DNA of 64,000 nt from a virus (Duplodnaviria > Caudoviricetes): IMG/VR virus record IMGVR_UViG_3300025141_000018; one strand, written 5' to 3'. The notes beneath the pieces were generated by a model that worked only from the letters and a program-made list of their open reading frames with translations, made no database searches and was not told the DNA's origin. The translations under genes and the position numbers were made by a program. Below are positions 26,903-36,638 of this stretch, in pieces; the first letter of the stretch is position 1; each line of letters starts with the position of its first letter.

Positions 26903-28069
26903 TTACTTCATACCTGCTAATTTTTGCAGGTTTAAAATCTCAGCTTTTGCATCGCTGGTATCTGGATTAATGTGGATGGGTTTATTCCCGGTTACCACGG
27001 TCCGCCTTGATTGCGTTTCTGATTCTTTTATAACTTTAGTGTTTTCATTAAGTTTTTGCTTATTTGCTTCCTGCCTCTTCATCTTCTTAGCAGAAACAGC
27101 AGTTTCTTCATTTAATACACCAGGCAAGTACTTTTGATAAGAACCTCTAAGTTGATCTGTTTGGACACTCTCCAACAGTTCGCCCATGAGAGCTCTTTTA
27201 CCCTTTGCCAGTGGGCTTAATAATTCACTTAAAACTTTTTCGCGTTTTGCGGAGTCCTCAGCGATTTTAATTTTTGCATTTGATGTTTTAATTTCATCGA
27301 TTGCTTTTTGTAGAGTATTATTACTTTCATTAAGTTTTGACTCTAAATCTTCTACCCTGTTTTGGTACTTTTTGACTTCTGTTCCATCTGCAAGATGACT
27401 TGTTAAGAATTCTGCCGCGAAAGATTCAAATATCTTCCTGCCAAAGTTGTTCTTTTTGGCTGTTTCAATGTCCTCTTTAAGAGCATTAATTTCGCCCTTT
27501 AAAGCACCTGCTACAATACCTTCAACTTTTTCAGCGGCCTTTTTAACAAAATCACGCTTTGTCTCGGCAATTAAAGCCTTGCCTTCTCTAACCAATTTAA
27601 CTCGTTGCTCTACAACCGCTCGTTTATCGGTGTGGAATTCGTTAAGTTCTTTGGAAATGTTCTTAACAATAAAACTTTCCAACTTAGCGAAGTTTTCTCC
27701 ACTAGCCTTGCGATCAGTACGAAGTTGTTTTACTTCGTTTGCAAGAGATTCGGTTACGAATTTATCAAGGATATTGGCATGTTCTTTGACAGATTTCGTA
27801 TAATTTACACGACTGTCAACTAAGCCTTTTTTATCCTCGGCAAGTTCTTCAATTTCTACTTTAATTGCATCCGAAAGCATATTATCCATTGCTTCAACAA
27901 TTTGAGATTTATCATGCTCATATCGTTGACTAAACTCCTCACGCAATTCGGCTTTCATAGCCTCTTTTTGCTCTGTAAGTTTAGAATCCCATGCTTCCTG
28001 GATGGATGTCCTTGCATCCTCGGAGAGTGCCTCGGAACCTAACAGGTCTTCTATTGCATTATTAGCCAT
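26903..28069 (-). CDS. gp22: Prohead core scaffolding protein (gp22-like)
   Basis: Long charged coiled-coil, GRKIFESFAAEF motif, located between the protease and capsid genes. Confidence 0.85.
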   Translation of the reverse strand: MANNAIEDLLGSEALSEDARTSIQEAWDSKLTEQKEAMKAELREEFSQRYEHDKSQIVEAMDNMLSDAIKVEIEELAEDKKGLVDSRVNYTKSVKEHANILDKFVTESLANEVKQLRTDRKASGENFAKLESFIVKNISKELNEFHTDKRAVVEQRVKLVREGKALIAETKRDFVKKAAEKVEGIVAGALKGEINALKEDIETAKKNNFGRKIFESFAAEFLTSHLADGTEVKKYQNRVEDLESKLNESNNTLQKAIDEIKTSNAKIKIAEDSAKREKVLSELLSPLAKGKRALMGELLESVQTDQLRGSYQKYLPGVLNEETAVSAKKMKRQEANKQKLNENTKVIKESETQSRRTVVTGNKPIHINPDTSDAKAEILNLQKLAGMK

Positions 28070-28081
28070 TATATTTCTCTC

Positions 28082-28711
28082 CTACTTATTGAGTTCATTT
28101 ATAAACCCAAGTATTTGTTTCTGTAAATGCGATTGAGCTCGCCTATCGTGCGTTGTCGCTTCTGCTAACCTAGTTAAAATATTAGCACCATTCATATTTT
28201 GCAAAGCCTCATAAATTGGCTTTGGATATGCATCTGGAGCACTCGGCTGAGCAACAATATCTACAGTTACAATTTCAAAATCACTAACTTTGCCTCCTTC
28301 GGAAACGTTACCGCTTCCTCTAGAACTTACACCAAGTTTAACACCTGATTCTAGCAAAGTCTTGACTATATTACCCATCGGCGTTGGTAAAATTTTAAGT
28401 TTACCTACGCCATCTGAGCCTTTCATACCCATTTCGGTTATCATGTGACTTACACGATCCAGATTAACCGTTAAATCGTCCGGATGATCTGCTTCGCCTA
28501 ACACTGAAAACCCATGGTTAATTTTTTCCTGCAGTGATTGAACTGCGGAGGCAATTTCATTAATTGGGTAAACCCGGGAGTTTTGATTTTTAACATCACC
28601 TTGAATAAAAACGCCATTCATGAAAAGGTTCTTGTCAGATCCTTCACCTTCTGTGACAGTTTCTACGTTTATCGCGGCTTGTTCAAAACTCAACTTTTCA
28701 ATTAACTTCAT
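28082..28711 (-). CDS. gp21: Prohead protease (gp21-like)
   Basis: GVFIQGDVKNQNSRVYP, LGEADHP, RVSHMIT and LGVSSRGSG. Confidence 0.95.
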   Translation of the reverse strand: MKLIEKLSFEQAAINVETVTEGEGSDKNLFMNGVFIQGDVKNQNSRVYPINEIASAVQSLQEKINHGFSVLGEADHPDDLTVNLDRVSHMITEMGMKGSDGVGKLKILPTPMGNIVKTLLESGVKLGVSSRGSGNVSEGGKVSDFEIVTVDIVAQPSAPDAYPKPIYEALQNMNGANILTRLAEATTHDRRAQSHLQKQILGFINELNK

Positions 28712-28720
28712 TGTTTATCC

Positions 28721-29629
28721 TTAAGATCCCATTGGGCTCTTTTTATTGTCTGCATGTTCTACATTGTCTGCTGACTCTGACGAACCTTTAGGTGCTTTAT
28801 TACCTGGCTGGTTGACATTTCCTGCTGTATCTTCGGAAACACTACCTACACCATGATCACCTTCGGATCCTGAATTAGCCATATTAACAGCCTTTCCACC
28901 CATATCATTTTTACCTGCTACGGGAGACTTTTGAGCTCCACCGTCGGCACCAACTGGATCACTAGGATCTTTAACTGCTACCATATTTGCGGCTTCTTCG
29001 ATTTCTTCGAAATCTTCCTCAACTGTTTCAGCAACTCCGTCCTGCTCAACTGATTCCATTTCAGGCATTTCTTCTTCTGCATCCATGGCATCCATTGGCA
29101 TTTCGTCGTCCATTGGTACTTCTTCTTCAGCACCACCGACTAATTCCATAAACTCTGCTTTTAAGCGATCTAATGCTTCTTCAGCATCTACGAACGCCTG
29201 GTCAACTTCTGGGTCGCCAGTTTCTTCTCCGCCTTCGGCGTCGTCCATTGGCATTTCTTCTTCGTCGTCCATTTCGTCTTCACTATACATTTCTTCTGAC
29301 TCAATTTCTTCTAAGTCCGAATCAACTGCATTAGTTACTTCGTCAGTAAAATCCTGTTCAGGATTCCTAACGATTGCTTCGTCTACGTCTTCTTTATCGT
29401 CTTTGTCTTCGTCTTTGCTTGCCTCGTCTACTTGTTCCGAATCTTCGTCGACTTCTTCTTTCTTTTCATCAAGAATTTCGTCTTCAGTGACTTCATCTTC
29501 GGCAACGAGGTTCTCATAAATTCCACGAGCCTTTTCCACAAATACATCATGAAGAAGGTCGCTTGCTTTGTCCGTTTCCTCGTTTATAATGTATTCGAGG
29601 ACCTTTTCTAATTTATCTCGTGTAGTCAT
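28721..29629 (-). CDS. Highly acidic prohead core/internal protein
   Basis: Very Asp/Glu-rich. Position in the head operon corresponds to T4 gp67/gp68. Confidence 0.6.
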   Translation of the reverse strand: MTTRDKLEKVLEYIINEETDKASDLLHDVFVEKARGIYENLVAEDEVTEDEILDEKKEEVDEDSEQVDEASKDEDKDDKEDVDEAIVRNPEQDFTDEVTNAVDSDLEEIESEEMYSEDEMDDEEEMPMDDAEGGEETGDPEVDQAFVDAEEALDRLKAEFMELVGGAEEEVPMDDEMPMDAMDAEEEMPEMESVEQDGVAETVEEDFEEIEEAANMVAVKDPSDPVGADGGAQKSPVAGKNDMGGKAVNMANSGSEGDHGVGSVSEDTAGNVNQPGNKAPKGSSESADNVEHADNKKSPMGS

Positions 29630-29698
29630 AACAACTCCTATAACAAAATTGTTGTATATGTTTATTTAATATATGAAATCAAAAGTGTACTAAAACGG

Positions 29699-30883
29699 CT
29701 AAAAAACGGCGAGTTTTGGAAGATTTTTTATTATTTTTGAATTTTTATTGGTAAGCTCTGTAATTTTCTTTTCAAAAAGTGGGTAAAATTCATGTGTTTT
29801 TAACAGTGATCTGTCTGTTTTATTACTATTTTTAAGTGCCTTATGAAATTTAAATTCTTCTGCTAATCTAACTGCTATTAAAAATAACTCATAAATGTTA
29901 GTAAAATCGTCATAAACTTCTCCTATACGCATATTCTGACTAATCAAATCTGTCCTTATTTCGGCGTTGTTTATAAGTTTGTTAATAATAGCGTTATTAT
30001 CAACCTCCTGTATAACACTATCAATTTCAATACCATTGTGGTCTCTTATATGTTTTTTATACATTTTAGTATGCTTAAACATATCTAAATTAGGGTAAAT
30101 TAATGGATATTTTTCATATTTGTTAAGTCTAATATATGCATTTATTATACTCTTAACAACATTATAATCCAACTTTAAATTAAGTCGCTGGCTTAATAAC
30201 ATTACTTTATCAATATCTAAAATATCCATCATTGGCACATTTATTATTTTATCATGTTGTTGTAATATTGGAATAGCCTCAGGAGCTAATCCATAATTGT
30301 GTGGCCACGTAAATTCTAACATGTGATACAACATATTACTAATTGTACTAAAATAATCGTTGTCTGACCAGTCATTAATTATTTCTTTGTGCCCTCCCCC
30401 GTCGGTCCAACCTGGTATGTGGAAAAAACATCTATCCATAAAAATTTTTATGGCTTGTAATGAAAGTTCATGCATAGGATTTAAATAAACATTTATTACA
30501 AATCTATTGTCACTTAACAGTTGAACAATATCATCGTTATCAAATATTCTTCTAGCATGTATAAAATAAACTTGTTGTGTATTGGGAGGAAAATGTTTTT
30601 CAAATTGTAATATTTCATCAACTGTTATACGATGATTAGAACGAATACTATCGCCGGTGTCGTTAAAATTGTGTGAGTACAATGATTCTAATGAACTACC
30701 GGAATCCCAATTAACACTTGAATCAATAGTTATTTTACTATCAATAAATTTTTCTGATTCAAATATATGTGTAAAACGATCTTCGGGATTAGCAAAATAA
30801 ACTTGTGGGGAGGTTTGTAATATCCTACATAATAAATTTGCACTTACAAATGCAGGACCTGCAACAATAACATGATTTGACAT
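29699..30883 (-). CDS. Hypothetical protein; N-terminus loosely sulfotransferase-like
   Basis: VIVAGPAFVSANLLCRILQTSPQV resembles IxG.PRSGT.LL.RIL..HP.V but lacks the RSGT residues. Confidence 0.45.
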   Translation of the reverse strand: MSNHVIVAGPAFVSANLLCRILQTSPQVYFANPEDRFTHIFESEKFIDSKITIDSSVNWDSGSSLESLYSHNFNDTGDSIRSNHRITVDEILQFEKHFPPNTQQVYFIHARRIFDNDDIVQLLSDNRFVINVYLNPMHELSLQAIKIFMDRCFFHIPGWTDGGGHKEIINDWSDNDYFSTISNMLYHMLEFTWPHNYGLAPEAIPILQQHDKIINVPMMDILDIDKVMLLSQRLNLKLDYNVVKSIINAYIRLNKYEKYPLIYPNLDMFKHTKMYKKHIRDHNGIEIDSVIQEVDNNAIINKLINNAEIRTDLISQNMRIGEVYDDFTNIYELFLIAVRLAEEFKFHKALKNSNKTDRSLLKTHEFYPLFEKKITELTNKNSKIIKNLPKLAVF

Positions 30884-30885
30884 TA

Positions 30886-31086
30886 CTACATAGATTCTGG
30901 GGCCATAGGGCGTGAATAAATTTTATCAAAAAATTCTTTTCTTTTAATAAGATCTACTTTTTTAATCTCTTGCATTTTGCGTAATTTATTTAAATGTCGC
31001 AAAGTAAGTCTTACCTTACGAGTATCGCTTGGTTGTTGCTTAACTCGTTTATCTTCGTCGGCTTCATAAAATTCAAATATTTTCAT
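30886..31086 (-). CDS. Small basic head-operon protein
   Basis: DTRKVRLTLRHLNKLRK motif and an ATGA overlap with the portal stop. Confidence 0.65.
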   Translation of the reverse strand: MKIFEFYEADEDKRVKQQPSDTRKVRLTLRHLNKLRKMQEIKKVDLIKRKEFFDKIYSRPMAPESM

Positions 31087-32798
31087 TGTACTGCTCCTGG
31101 TTCTGGAGGTGGCGGTTGTTCCGCTCCTGATATCGGACTTTCGGATCCACCCTCAACAGGTGCTTCAGCATCCATTTCTGCATCAGCCATGTCATCTAGT
31201 CCTGGCTCCATTTCTGTATCAACTGGTCGTACACCGACTGCACTTAAATTATCAACTGCCTCTGCGTCACCACCTGGTGTTACTCCAGCCTGTATTGGGT
31301 TTTCTTCTGCCCACATTTCTTCATTTTCAACAATCTCATCTTCATTAAGATTTAAGTACTTCTTAAGAGTAAATCTACGTGCTAAGAATGGTACTTCTGC
31401 TAATGCACCAAATACATTTGCTCGTTGTTGGTTAAGTTCTATTTCTCTATATTCCGAAAAACTTTGTGGTTCTACAAATACTAAATCAAATAAACTACTA
31501 TCAACATTAACACCTCTAAACTTTAAAAACAACTTAAACTCTCTATCAAATTCGGGTGCCATTAATGATTGTAATCGTTGACAATATTTTGTAAATCTAA
31601 ATTCTTGAATAAATGCAGTTCCTACTCGTCCGTCAACAAAACTAGCCGTTCCATCATCTGGACCTGTAGGCAAATATGAACTTGGAATTCTTAATGCTCT
31701 TAACATTTTATTTGTAAAATATCTTAAGTCGTCTATCTGTCCTAAGTTTTCTCCACCCGGTAATGTTTCTACTTTTGAACCACGCCCTTCAGCAGTTTGT
31801 GCAAAGAAATAATCTTCCATAACACTAAGTGGATTATAACTAGCATCTAGAACAGTTGCTCCACCACCTGTACGTGATGGAATACGTCTTTGATGTATTT
31901 CATTTTTAACACGTTCAACAAAACCCATTGCTTTATGCGAAGGCATGTTTCCTACATCAATATAAAATACTCTACGTTCAGGTGCTCTTTGTACCCTGTA
32001 AATTATAATAGCATCTTCAAGTAATTCTTTTTGCTTATATGTTTTATAAACAGCATCTAATACACTTTGTCCAAACGGCCAGTTTGAATCTAACCCTTCA
32101 GTTAAACTTAAATGTATCATATGCTCTGCATCAACACCATATTCTTTAATTGAATCGGAAAGAGCTTGTGATGCGTTTTGATATTGTTGATTTTGTACTA
32201 TACCGCCTTGTTGCATTGTTTGCATACTAGAATAATTGTCTGAGTGCGATATAATTTCACTAGCAGTTTTTTCTTGTAAATTTAGTTGTAAATTACGTAC
32301 AATATATTGTTCTATCTCTTTACCTTTTGCTTCGTTGATAATTGCTTTAGAAACATCTGCTGGATTAACCCATGTCCATTCGTATGTTTCTGGATCACGA
32401 ATAAAAAATTGATCTCCATACTTTAATGTACTACGAAACATTCTCCATAAACGTGTATCCCAATCATTAATGTTTGACCATTGTTTTAATGCTTTTTTGA
32501 GTACATCAATTTCGGCTTCAGTTGCTTCGTCTTTAAAATTAAACTCAAAAGCCATATGATCGTTGTTACGTTGTTGCGTACAAAATTCAGATAATGTATC
32601 AAGTGCGGCATTTACTTCGCTATCAACATCAATCTGATCATACTGCATATAACGTTCAACACGGTTTGGTTGTCCAGTATATACTTCTGGTAACCAACTA
32701 TGAAAGCGATTATGCGAGTTCGATAATTGTGTACCTGACGTTTTTTGTTGTAATTTTTCTATATTAGCACTTCTAAAGTGCTTTCTCCATCCAGCCAT
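31083..32798 (-). CDS. gp20: Portal protein (gp20-like)
   Basis: LLEDAIIIYRVQRAPERRVFYIDVGNMP, EDYFFAQTAEGRGSKVETLPGGENLGQIDD and RALRIPSS. Confidence 0.97.
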   Translation of the reverse strand: MAGWRKHFRSANIEKLQQKTSGTQLSNSHNRFHSWLPEVYTGQPNRVERYMQYDQIDVDSEVNAALDTLSEFCTQQRNNDHMAFEFNFKDEATEAEIDVLKKALKQWSNINDWDTRLWRMFRSTLKYGDQFFIRDPETYEWTWVNPADVSKAIINEAKGKEIEQYIVRNLQLNLQEKTASEIISHSDNYSSMQTMQQGGIVQNQQYQNASQALSDSIKEYGVDAEHMIHLSLTEGLDSNWPFGQSVLDAVYKTYKQKELLEDAIIIYRVQRAPERRVFYIDVGNMPSHKAMGFVERVKNEIHQRRIPSRTGGGATVLDASYNPLSVMEDYFFAQTAEGRGSKVETLPGGENLGQIDDLRYFTNKMLRALRIPSSYLPTGPDDGTASFVDGRVGTAFIQEFRFTKYCQRLQSLMAPEFDREFKLFLKFRGVNVDSSLFDLVFVEPQSFSEYREIELNQQRANVFGALAEVPFLARRFTLKKYLNLNEDEIVENEEMWAEENPIQAGVTPGGDAEAVDNLSAVGVRPVDTEMEPGLDDMADAEMDAEAPVEGGSESPISGAEQPPPPEPGAVQ

Positions 32799-32820
32799 GG
32801 TTAACCTTGATTATTTGTTG

Positions 32821-32828
32821 TATTTATT
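32821..32828 (-). promoter_or_regulatory. Late promoter (AATAAATA) for the head operon
   Basis: TATTTATT on the + strand, 23 nt upstream of the portal ATG. Confidence 0.6.
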
Positions 32829-32831
32829 GTT

Positions 32832-34679
32832 TTAGTTAGAGAAGTAATCTCGTAAAGCTCGGTCTTGTTGTGCATTAGATCTCTGAAGTCGTGTATTCTC
32901 TTGAACTGTACTTGTTGTTTCAATTGCCGCTTTAACTTGTTCCTTAATTCCACCAGTCAGAGCCTCTATGTCTCTACCCAACCTTCCTAAAAAGTTTGAA
33001 AAGTTTTCATTTAATTTTAGTAATGCTGAAGTATTTTCAGATAATGCTACTTGATTTTCAGTACCAGTTCCTGAAACGGTAGCAGTAGGGGCTATTCCAA
33101 CACCGTTGGTAGATTTACTTTTAAATAACATTTGTATAAATTCTGATTCTCCAAGTGATTGCGCCTGGGCTCTAAGTTGTGTATTTAAATCCATCCCTGA
33201 TGCACCAAAAAAATCATCTGCTAACCCTTTCATCCGATTTGGAGTCTTAATTAAGTAATCAAGCACGGCTTGCTCGGTTAATCCTGTTTCTTTTCCTATA
33301 TCCTGTAACATTGATGTTAATGTTTCTGCAGTTTCAAATCCCATGGCCTTCAATGTACTAACAGTACCTTTAATTGCACTCTCTGCACCTAGTGCCATTT
33401 TAGTTACAGTATCACCCTCTTTTATTCGGGCTCTAATAGCGGCTAGTTCCTCTTCGTTTACTGCTCTCTGAACAGTACCTAGTTTCATGTGTAACTTTAT
33501 ACCATCATTAAACATTGATTGTTGTATATAATATTCTGACTCGCGACCAGATTTTATTTCTTCATTAAACCGTCTTGCAGAGGCTAATGCAGATGTACCT
33601 GTGCCATCTTTTATATACTGCATCATTTGTTCTAAGCCTTCCATTGTTACATCAGTGGCCGCAACCAGTTGTTTCATATCTTCACTGGATCCTGCTAATC
33701 CTAAACCAGTAGTTACCATTTGAGTAATTTGATTGGCTATTTCTGTACCGTCTTCGCCAAACTGAGAAGTTAATATTCCAACTAATTCTTGTTGGCGTCT
33801 TTGAACTGCGGCAGTATCTCCGCCCTGGGCTTGAATTTGTGCTAGATAAGTTTGCAACGGTACACCAGAACCTGCTTGTTGTTGTGCTAACAATATTTCT
33901 CGTCTATCTCTACCTGTAATCTGTGCCATTGCAGTTGCTTCGTCAGCCATTGCTAATATTGCATCTCTAGCCCGATTTGCGGCTAAGTCTCCTTGGATTC
34001 CTTGCATTCTTTGTATTTCTAATTGCCCAACTAATAAATCATTTAACTCTTCTTGTCGCATGCCATACATACCCATTTGAGCTAAATTTATTGTAAGTTC
34101 CTCTGATAAGGCACCAAATCGTTGTGCAGACTCTATTGCAGAGTCTCCTAGATTTCGAATAGTTATGCCATTCTCTATTAGTATACTATTAAAAGCATCA
34201 ATTGTCAACCTAGAACTCGCGGCCGCTTGTGCAATTCGTGTCATTTCCCCACTTAAACCAAGTCCAACATTTGATAAATCTCTAACACGTCTAACATATC
34301 CATCCATCATTGTCATGGCAGTTGCAAATATACCTGTACCATCATCAACAAGTTGTGATAAACTTTTAAATGAACCATCTACTTTATCAAGGTTTCTAAT
34401 AAGTTTTCCTAATTGTCCAGTTGCTCCCGTAATTAACTTACCAAAGCCGCTTATCCAGTTCGCTGGATTTAATCCACCACCAAAAGCACCTCCAGATTTT
34501 ATTGCTTGAACAGTTGCTCTAGTACCTTTAGTAATTGCCTGTTGTGTTTGATTGCCTTCATCAACAGAGGTACTTCTTACACCTTTTATTGCTTCTACTA
34601 ATTCTTGTAATGTTTGCTCATTAGCCCATTCAGGATAGTCTACTCCCTGTTCTAATGCTGACATTGAAACTCGTGGCAT
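32832..34679 (-). CDS. Tape measure protein (gp29-like)
   Basis: 615-aa helical Ala/Gln/Gly-rich protein with PEWANEQTL N-terminus, divergent from the gp26-like gene. Size is close to T4 gp29. Confidence 0.75.
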   Translation of the reverse strand: MPRVSMSALEQGVDYPEWANEQTLQELVEAIKGVRSTSVDEGNQTQQAITKGTRATVQAIKSGGAFGGGLNPANWISGFGKLITGATGQLGKLIRNLDKVDGSFKSLSQLVDDGTGIFATAMTMMDGYVRRVRDLSNVGLGLSGEMTRIAQAAASSRLTIDAFNSILIENGITIRNLGDSAIESAQRFGALSEELTINLAQMGMYGMRQEELNDLLVGQLEIQRMQGIQGDLAANRARDAILAMADEATAMAQITGRDRREILLAQQQAGSGVPLQTYLAQIQAQGGDTAAVQRRQQELVGILTSQFGEDGTEIANQITQMVTTGLGLAGSSEDMKQLVAATDVTMEGLEQMMQYIKDGTGTSALASARRFNEEIKSGRESEYYIQQSMFNDGIKLHMKLGTVQRAVNEEELAAIRARIKEGDTVTKMALGAESAIKGTVSTLKAMGFETAETLTSMLQDIGKETGLTEQAVLDYLIKTPNRMKGLADDFFGASGMDLNTQLRAQAQSLGESEFIQMLFKSKSTNGVGIAPTATVSGTGTENQVALSENTSALLKLNENFSNFLGRLGRDIEALTGGIKEQVKAAIETTSTVQENTRLQRSNAQQDRALRDYFSN

Positions 34680-34688
34680 TTTCGTCCT

Positions 34689-34723
34689 TATAAATACGAT
34701 TGAACACTTTCTTATATTTATTC
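34689..34723. promoter_or_regulatory. Divergent pair of late promoters
   Basis: TATAAATA on + at 34689-34696 (towards 34725) and AATAAATA on - at 34716-34723 (towards 34679). Confidence 0.7.
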
Positions 34724-34724
34724 T

Positions 34725-35552
34725 ATGGAAAACCCCTTAAAACAATACTTTAGGGCGCCTGGTGCTTTTATCAAGTTACCTAGTAAAGGTATGTTCTATT
34801 CAGTTCCTCCTAAACTTTCAGTAGAAGGGGAATTAGCAATTTATCCAATGACAGCAGAAGATGAGCTGTGGCTTAAAAATCCTGATGCATTATTAAATGG
34901 AGAAGCACTAAAGCGAATTGTTGCTAGTTGTGCCCCTGATATTCATAATCCAGAAGAAACTACAATAGCCGATGCTGATGTTATTATGGTTACTGCAAGA
35001 TTTGTTACATATGGTGATGATCTTACAGTTTCTAGCGAATGTCCAACTTGTCGTGAAAATACAGATTATTCATTTAAACTTCCTGATATAATTGCTAACA
35101 TTAGAGAAATGCCTGCGGAAACTTTTGTAAACATAAACGAACTAAAAGTATTTTTAAAACCCTCAACAGTTGCATTACAAACAAAACAAGGAGTAGCGGC
35201 ACTTCAGTATAGAATGTTGCTTAATAAACTTGCGGTTGAAAACAAAGAACCCGAAGAAAGGCAACAAGAATTATTAAAATCATTTGCTCATAATGTTACT
35301 ACAATGCAATTTGAAACATTAAGAGAAAATATTGTTAAAATTGAAATGCCTGATGGTAATCATGTTTCAAATAAAGATCATGTTAAAGACTGGTTGAGGA
35401 ATATTAAAAAAGTTGAGTTTGATGCTCTAAATAGTAAAATTGACGACTTAAATAATTCTGGTACCGACATTGATTATAACGCAGAATGCCGGGCATGTTC
35501 GCACAAATATAATACCAGGATTAGCATGGATCCAATATCTTTTTTCGGATAA
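34725..35552 (+). CDS. Baseplate hub/tail assembly chaperone (T4 gp26/gp51-like family) with two CxxC motifs
   Basis: MENPLKQYFRAP..IKLPSKG.FY, IYPMTAEDE..LKNPDALLNGEA, CPTC and CRAC. Confidence 0.8.
   Translation: MENPLKQYFRAPGAFIKLPSKGMFYSVPPKLSVEGELAIYPMTAEDELWLKNPDALLNGEALKRIVASCAPDIHNPEETTIADADVIMVTARFVTYGDDLTVSSECPTCRENTDYSFKLPDIIANIREMPAETFVNINELKVFLKPSTVALQTKQGVAALQYRMLLNKLAVENKEPEERQQELLKSFAHNVTTMQFETLRENIVKIEMPDGNHVSNKDHVKDWLRNIKKVEFDALNSKIDDLNNSGTDIDYNAECRACSHKYNTRISMDPISFFG
35540..35546 (+). other. Predicted -1 ribosomal frameshift site T_TTT_TTC
   Basis: In-frame X_XXY_YYZ heptamer (TCT TTT TTC GGA TAA) two codons before the stop. The -1 frame stays open for 78 codons. Confidence 0.7.
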
Positions 35553-35782
35553 GGCTTCTTGACGCAGGATGGGATAACATCGACTCGCTAGTTGAGGAGT
35601 TTTGGACCGAAAGCGATCAATTTACTAAAGGTTTATTAGAACTAGTTGTTAATACCGAAGGTACGGTATCATACGAAGATGTGACAAAAATGAGTGCCAA
35701 GGAAAGAAAACTATTAATTGAAGTTGTTAATGAACGTAATGAGAAATTAAATAAACAAATGCAGGAAAATTCTAGAAAGTAG
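35546..35782 (+). CDS. -1-frame extension of the chaperone (gp51/T-domain-like), no own start codon
   Basis: RIRLLDAGWDNIDSLVEEFWTESDQFTKGLLELVVNTEGTVSYEDVTKMSAKERKLLIEVVNERNEKLNKQMQENSRK*. An in-frame TAG at 35522 closes it upstream. The first GTG/ATG lies about 45 codons in. Confidence 0.7.
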   Translation, partial: RIRLLDAGWDNIDSLVEEFWTESDQFTKGLLELVVNTEGTVSYEDVTKMSAKERKLLIEVVNERNEKLNKQMQENSRK

Positions 35783-36638
35783 ACGGCATATCATAGTCTC
35801 TACGAGTATTACTCCAATGAGCATTTATACCATCCCATTTTTGAGAAACTTTAGCCATTGCTTTCCAAGACATTTCTTCCTTAGGTATTTTAGTTGCAGG
35901 TTCTCTTATTAATTTATGAGGTAATGGATTTTTGTATGTACGTAATTTTACATTTGAATATTTGTAGATATGTGACCATCCAGTATGTGTATGAAAATGT
36001 CTTTCTTTTATTTTAGGATCTGTTATACAAAATTTCATAATATCTAGAATAGGTTCATATAACATTTTTGAAGCACTATGACTTCCAAAGTATACTATAT
36101 CTACAATTTTTGTTTTGCCACGTTTTAAAGTCATATCTGTTGTATACATGCCATCAGGCTCTTTATTTTTTGCCCAACTTATTGCATCTTCAATGGGAGC
36201 GGCCGCATTATAGTTTATAGCACAATCTAATCGCATTCTATATACAATGTCGTAATTATCTTCTAATAATTTAAAACTATTATATGCACTAAAAAACATG
36301 CCGTATGCTTGATAATTTCCTGCATGTCCAATTTCATGTTCTGTTTCTTGTTTTTCAGGATCTCCCCAATAGCAACAATCTGGATTTTCTTCAAGCCATT
36401 CGTCTATAATATTATACCCTGTAATTTCTATACGTTTAAAAGGATAACAATCATTTAAATCTCGTTTTAATTTTTCTAAATCATGTTTTACAACGACTTC
36501 GGCTACTGTTTGAGTATCCCATGTATGTAAGTAATAATCAACAGAGGTTTCCTCAGTTTCAAAATATTTTCGATTGAATAAACATCCTATATCTGCAAAC
36601 CGAGGTTGTCCACTAAAACATACTGCTACTTTTTTCAT
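35772..36638 (-). CDS. Putative glycosyltransferase-like protein
   Basis: KVAVCFSGQPRF, VDYYLHTW and YDIVYRMRLDC, a pattern seen in uncharacterised GT-like proteins of polysaccharide loci. Confidence 0.5.
   Translation of the reverse strand: MKKVAVCFSGQPRFADIGCLFNRKYFETEETSVDYYLHTWDTQTVAEVVVKHDLEKLKRDLNDCYPFKRIEITGYNIIDEWLEENPDCCYWGDPEKQETEHEIGHAGNYQAYGMFFSAYNSFKLLEDNYDIVYRMRLDCAINYNAAAPIEDAISWAKNKEPDGMYTTDMTLKRGKTKIVDIVYFGSHSASKMLYEPILDIMKFCITDPKIKERHFHTHTGWSHIYKYSNVKLRTYKNPLPHKLIREPATKIPKEEMSWKAMAKVSQKWDGINAHWSNTRRDYDMPSTF

Noticed and set aside
29691-29710. Short direct repeat AAAACGGC x2 upstream of the core-protein gene
   Set aside because: Only two 8-nt copies in AT-rich sequence, with no other support.
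35546-35782. Independent translation of the post-chaperone ORF from the internal GTG/ATG near 35681-35690
   Set aside because: It would give only about 31 aa and discard a well-formed 45-codon open stretch that begins exactly at the slippery site. The frameshift is the more economical explanation, though unproven.
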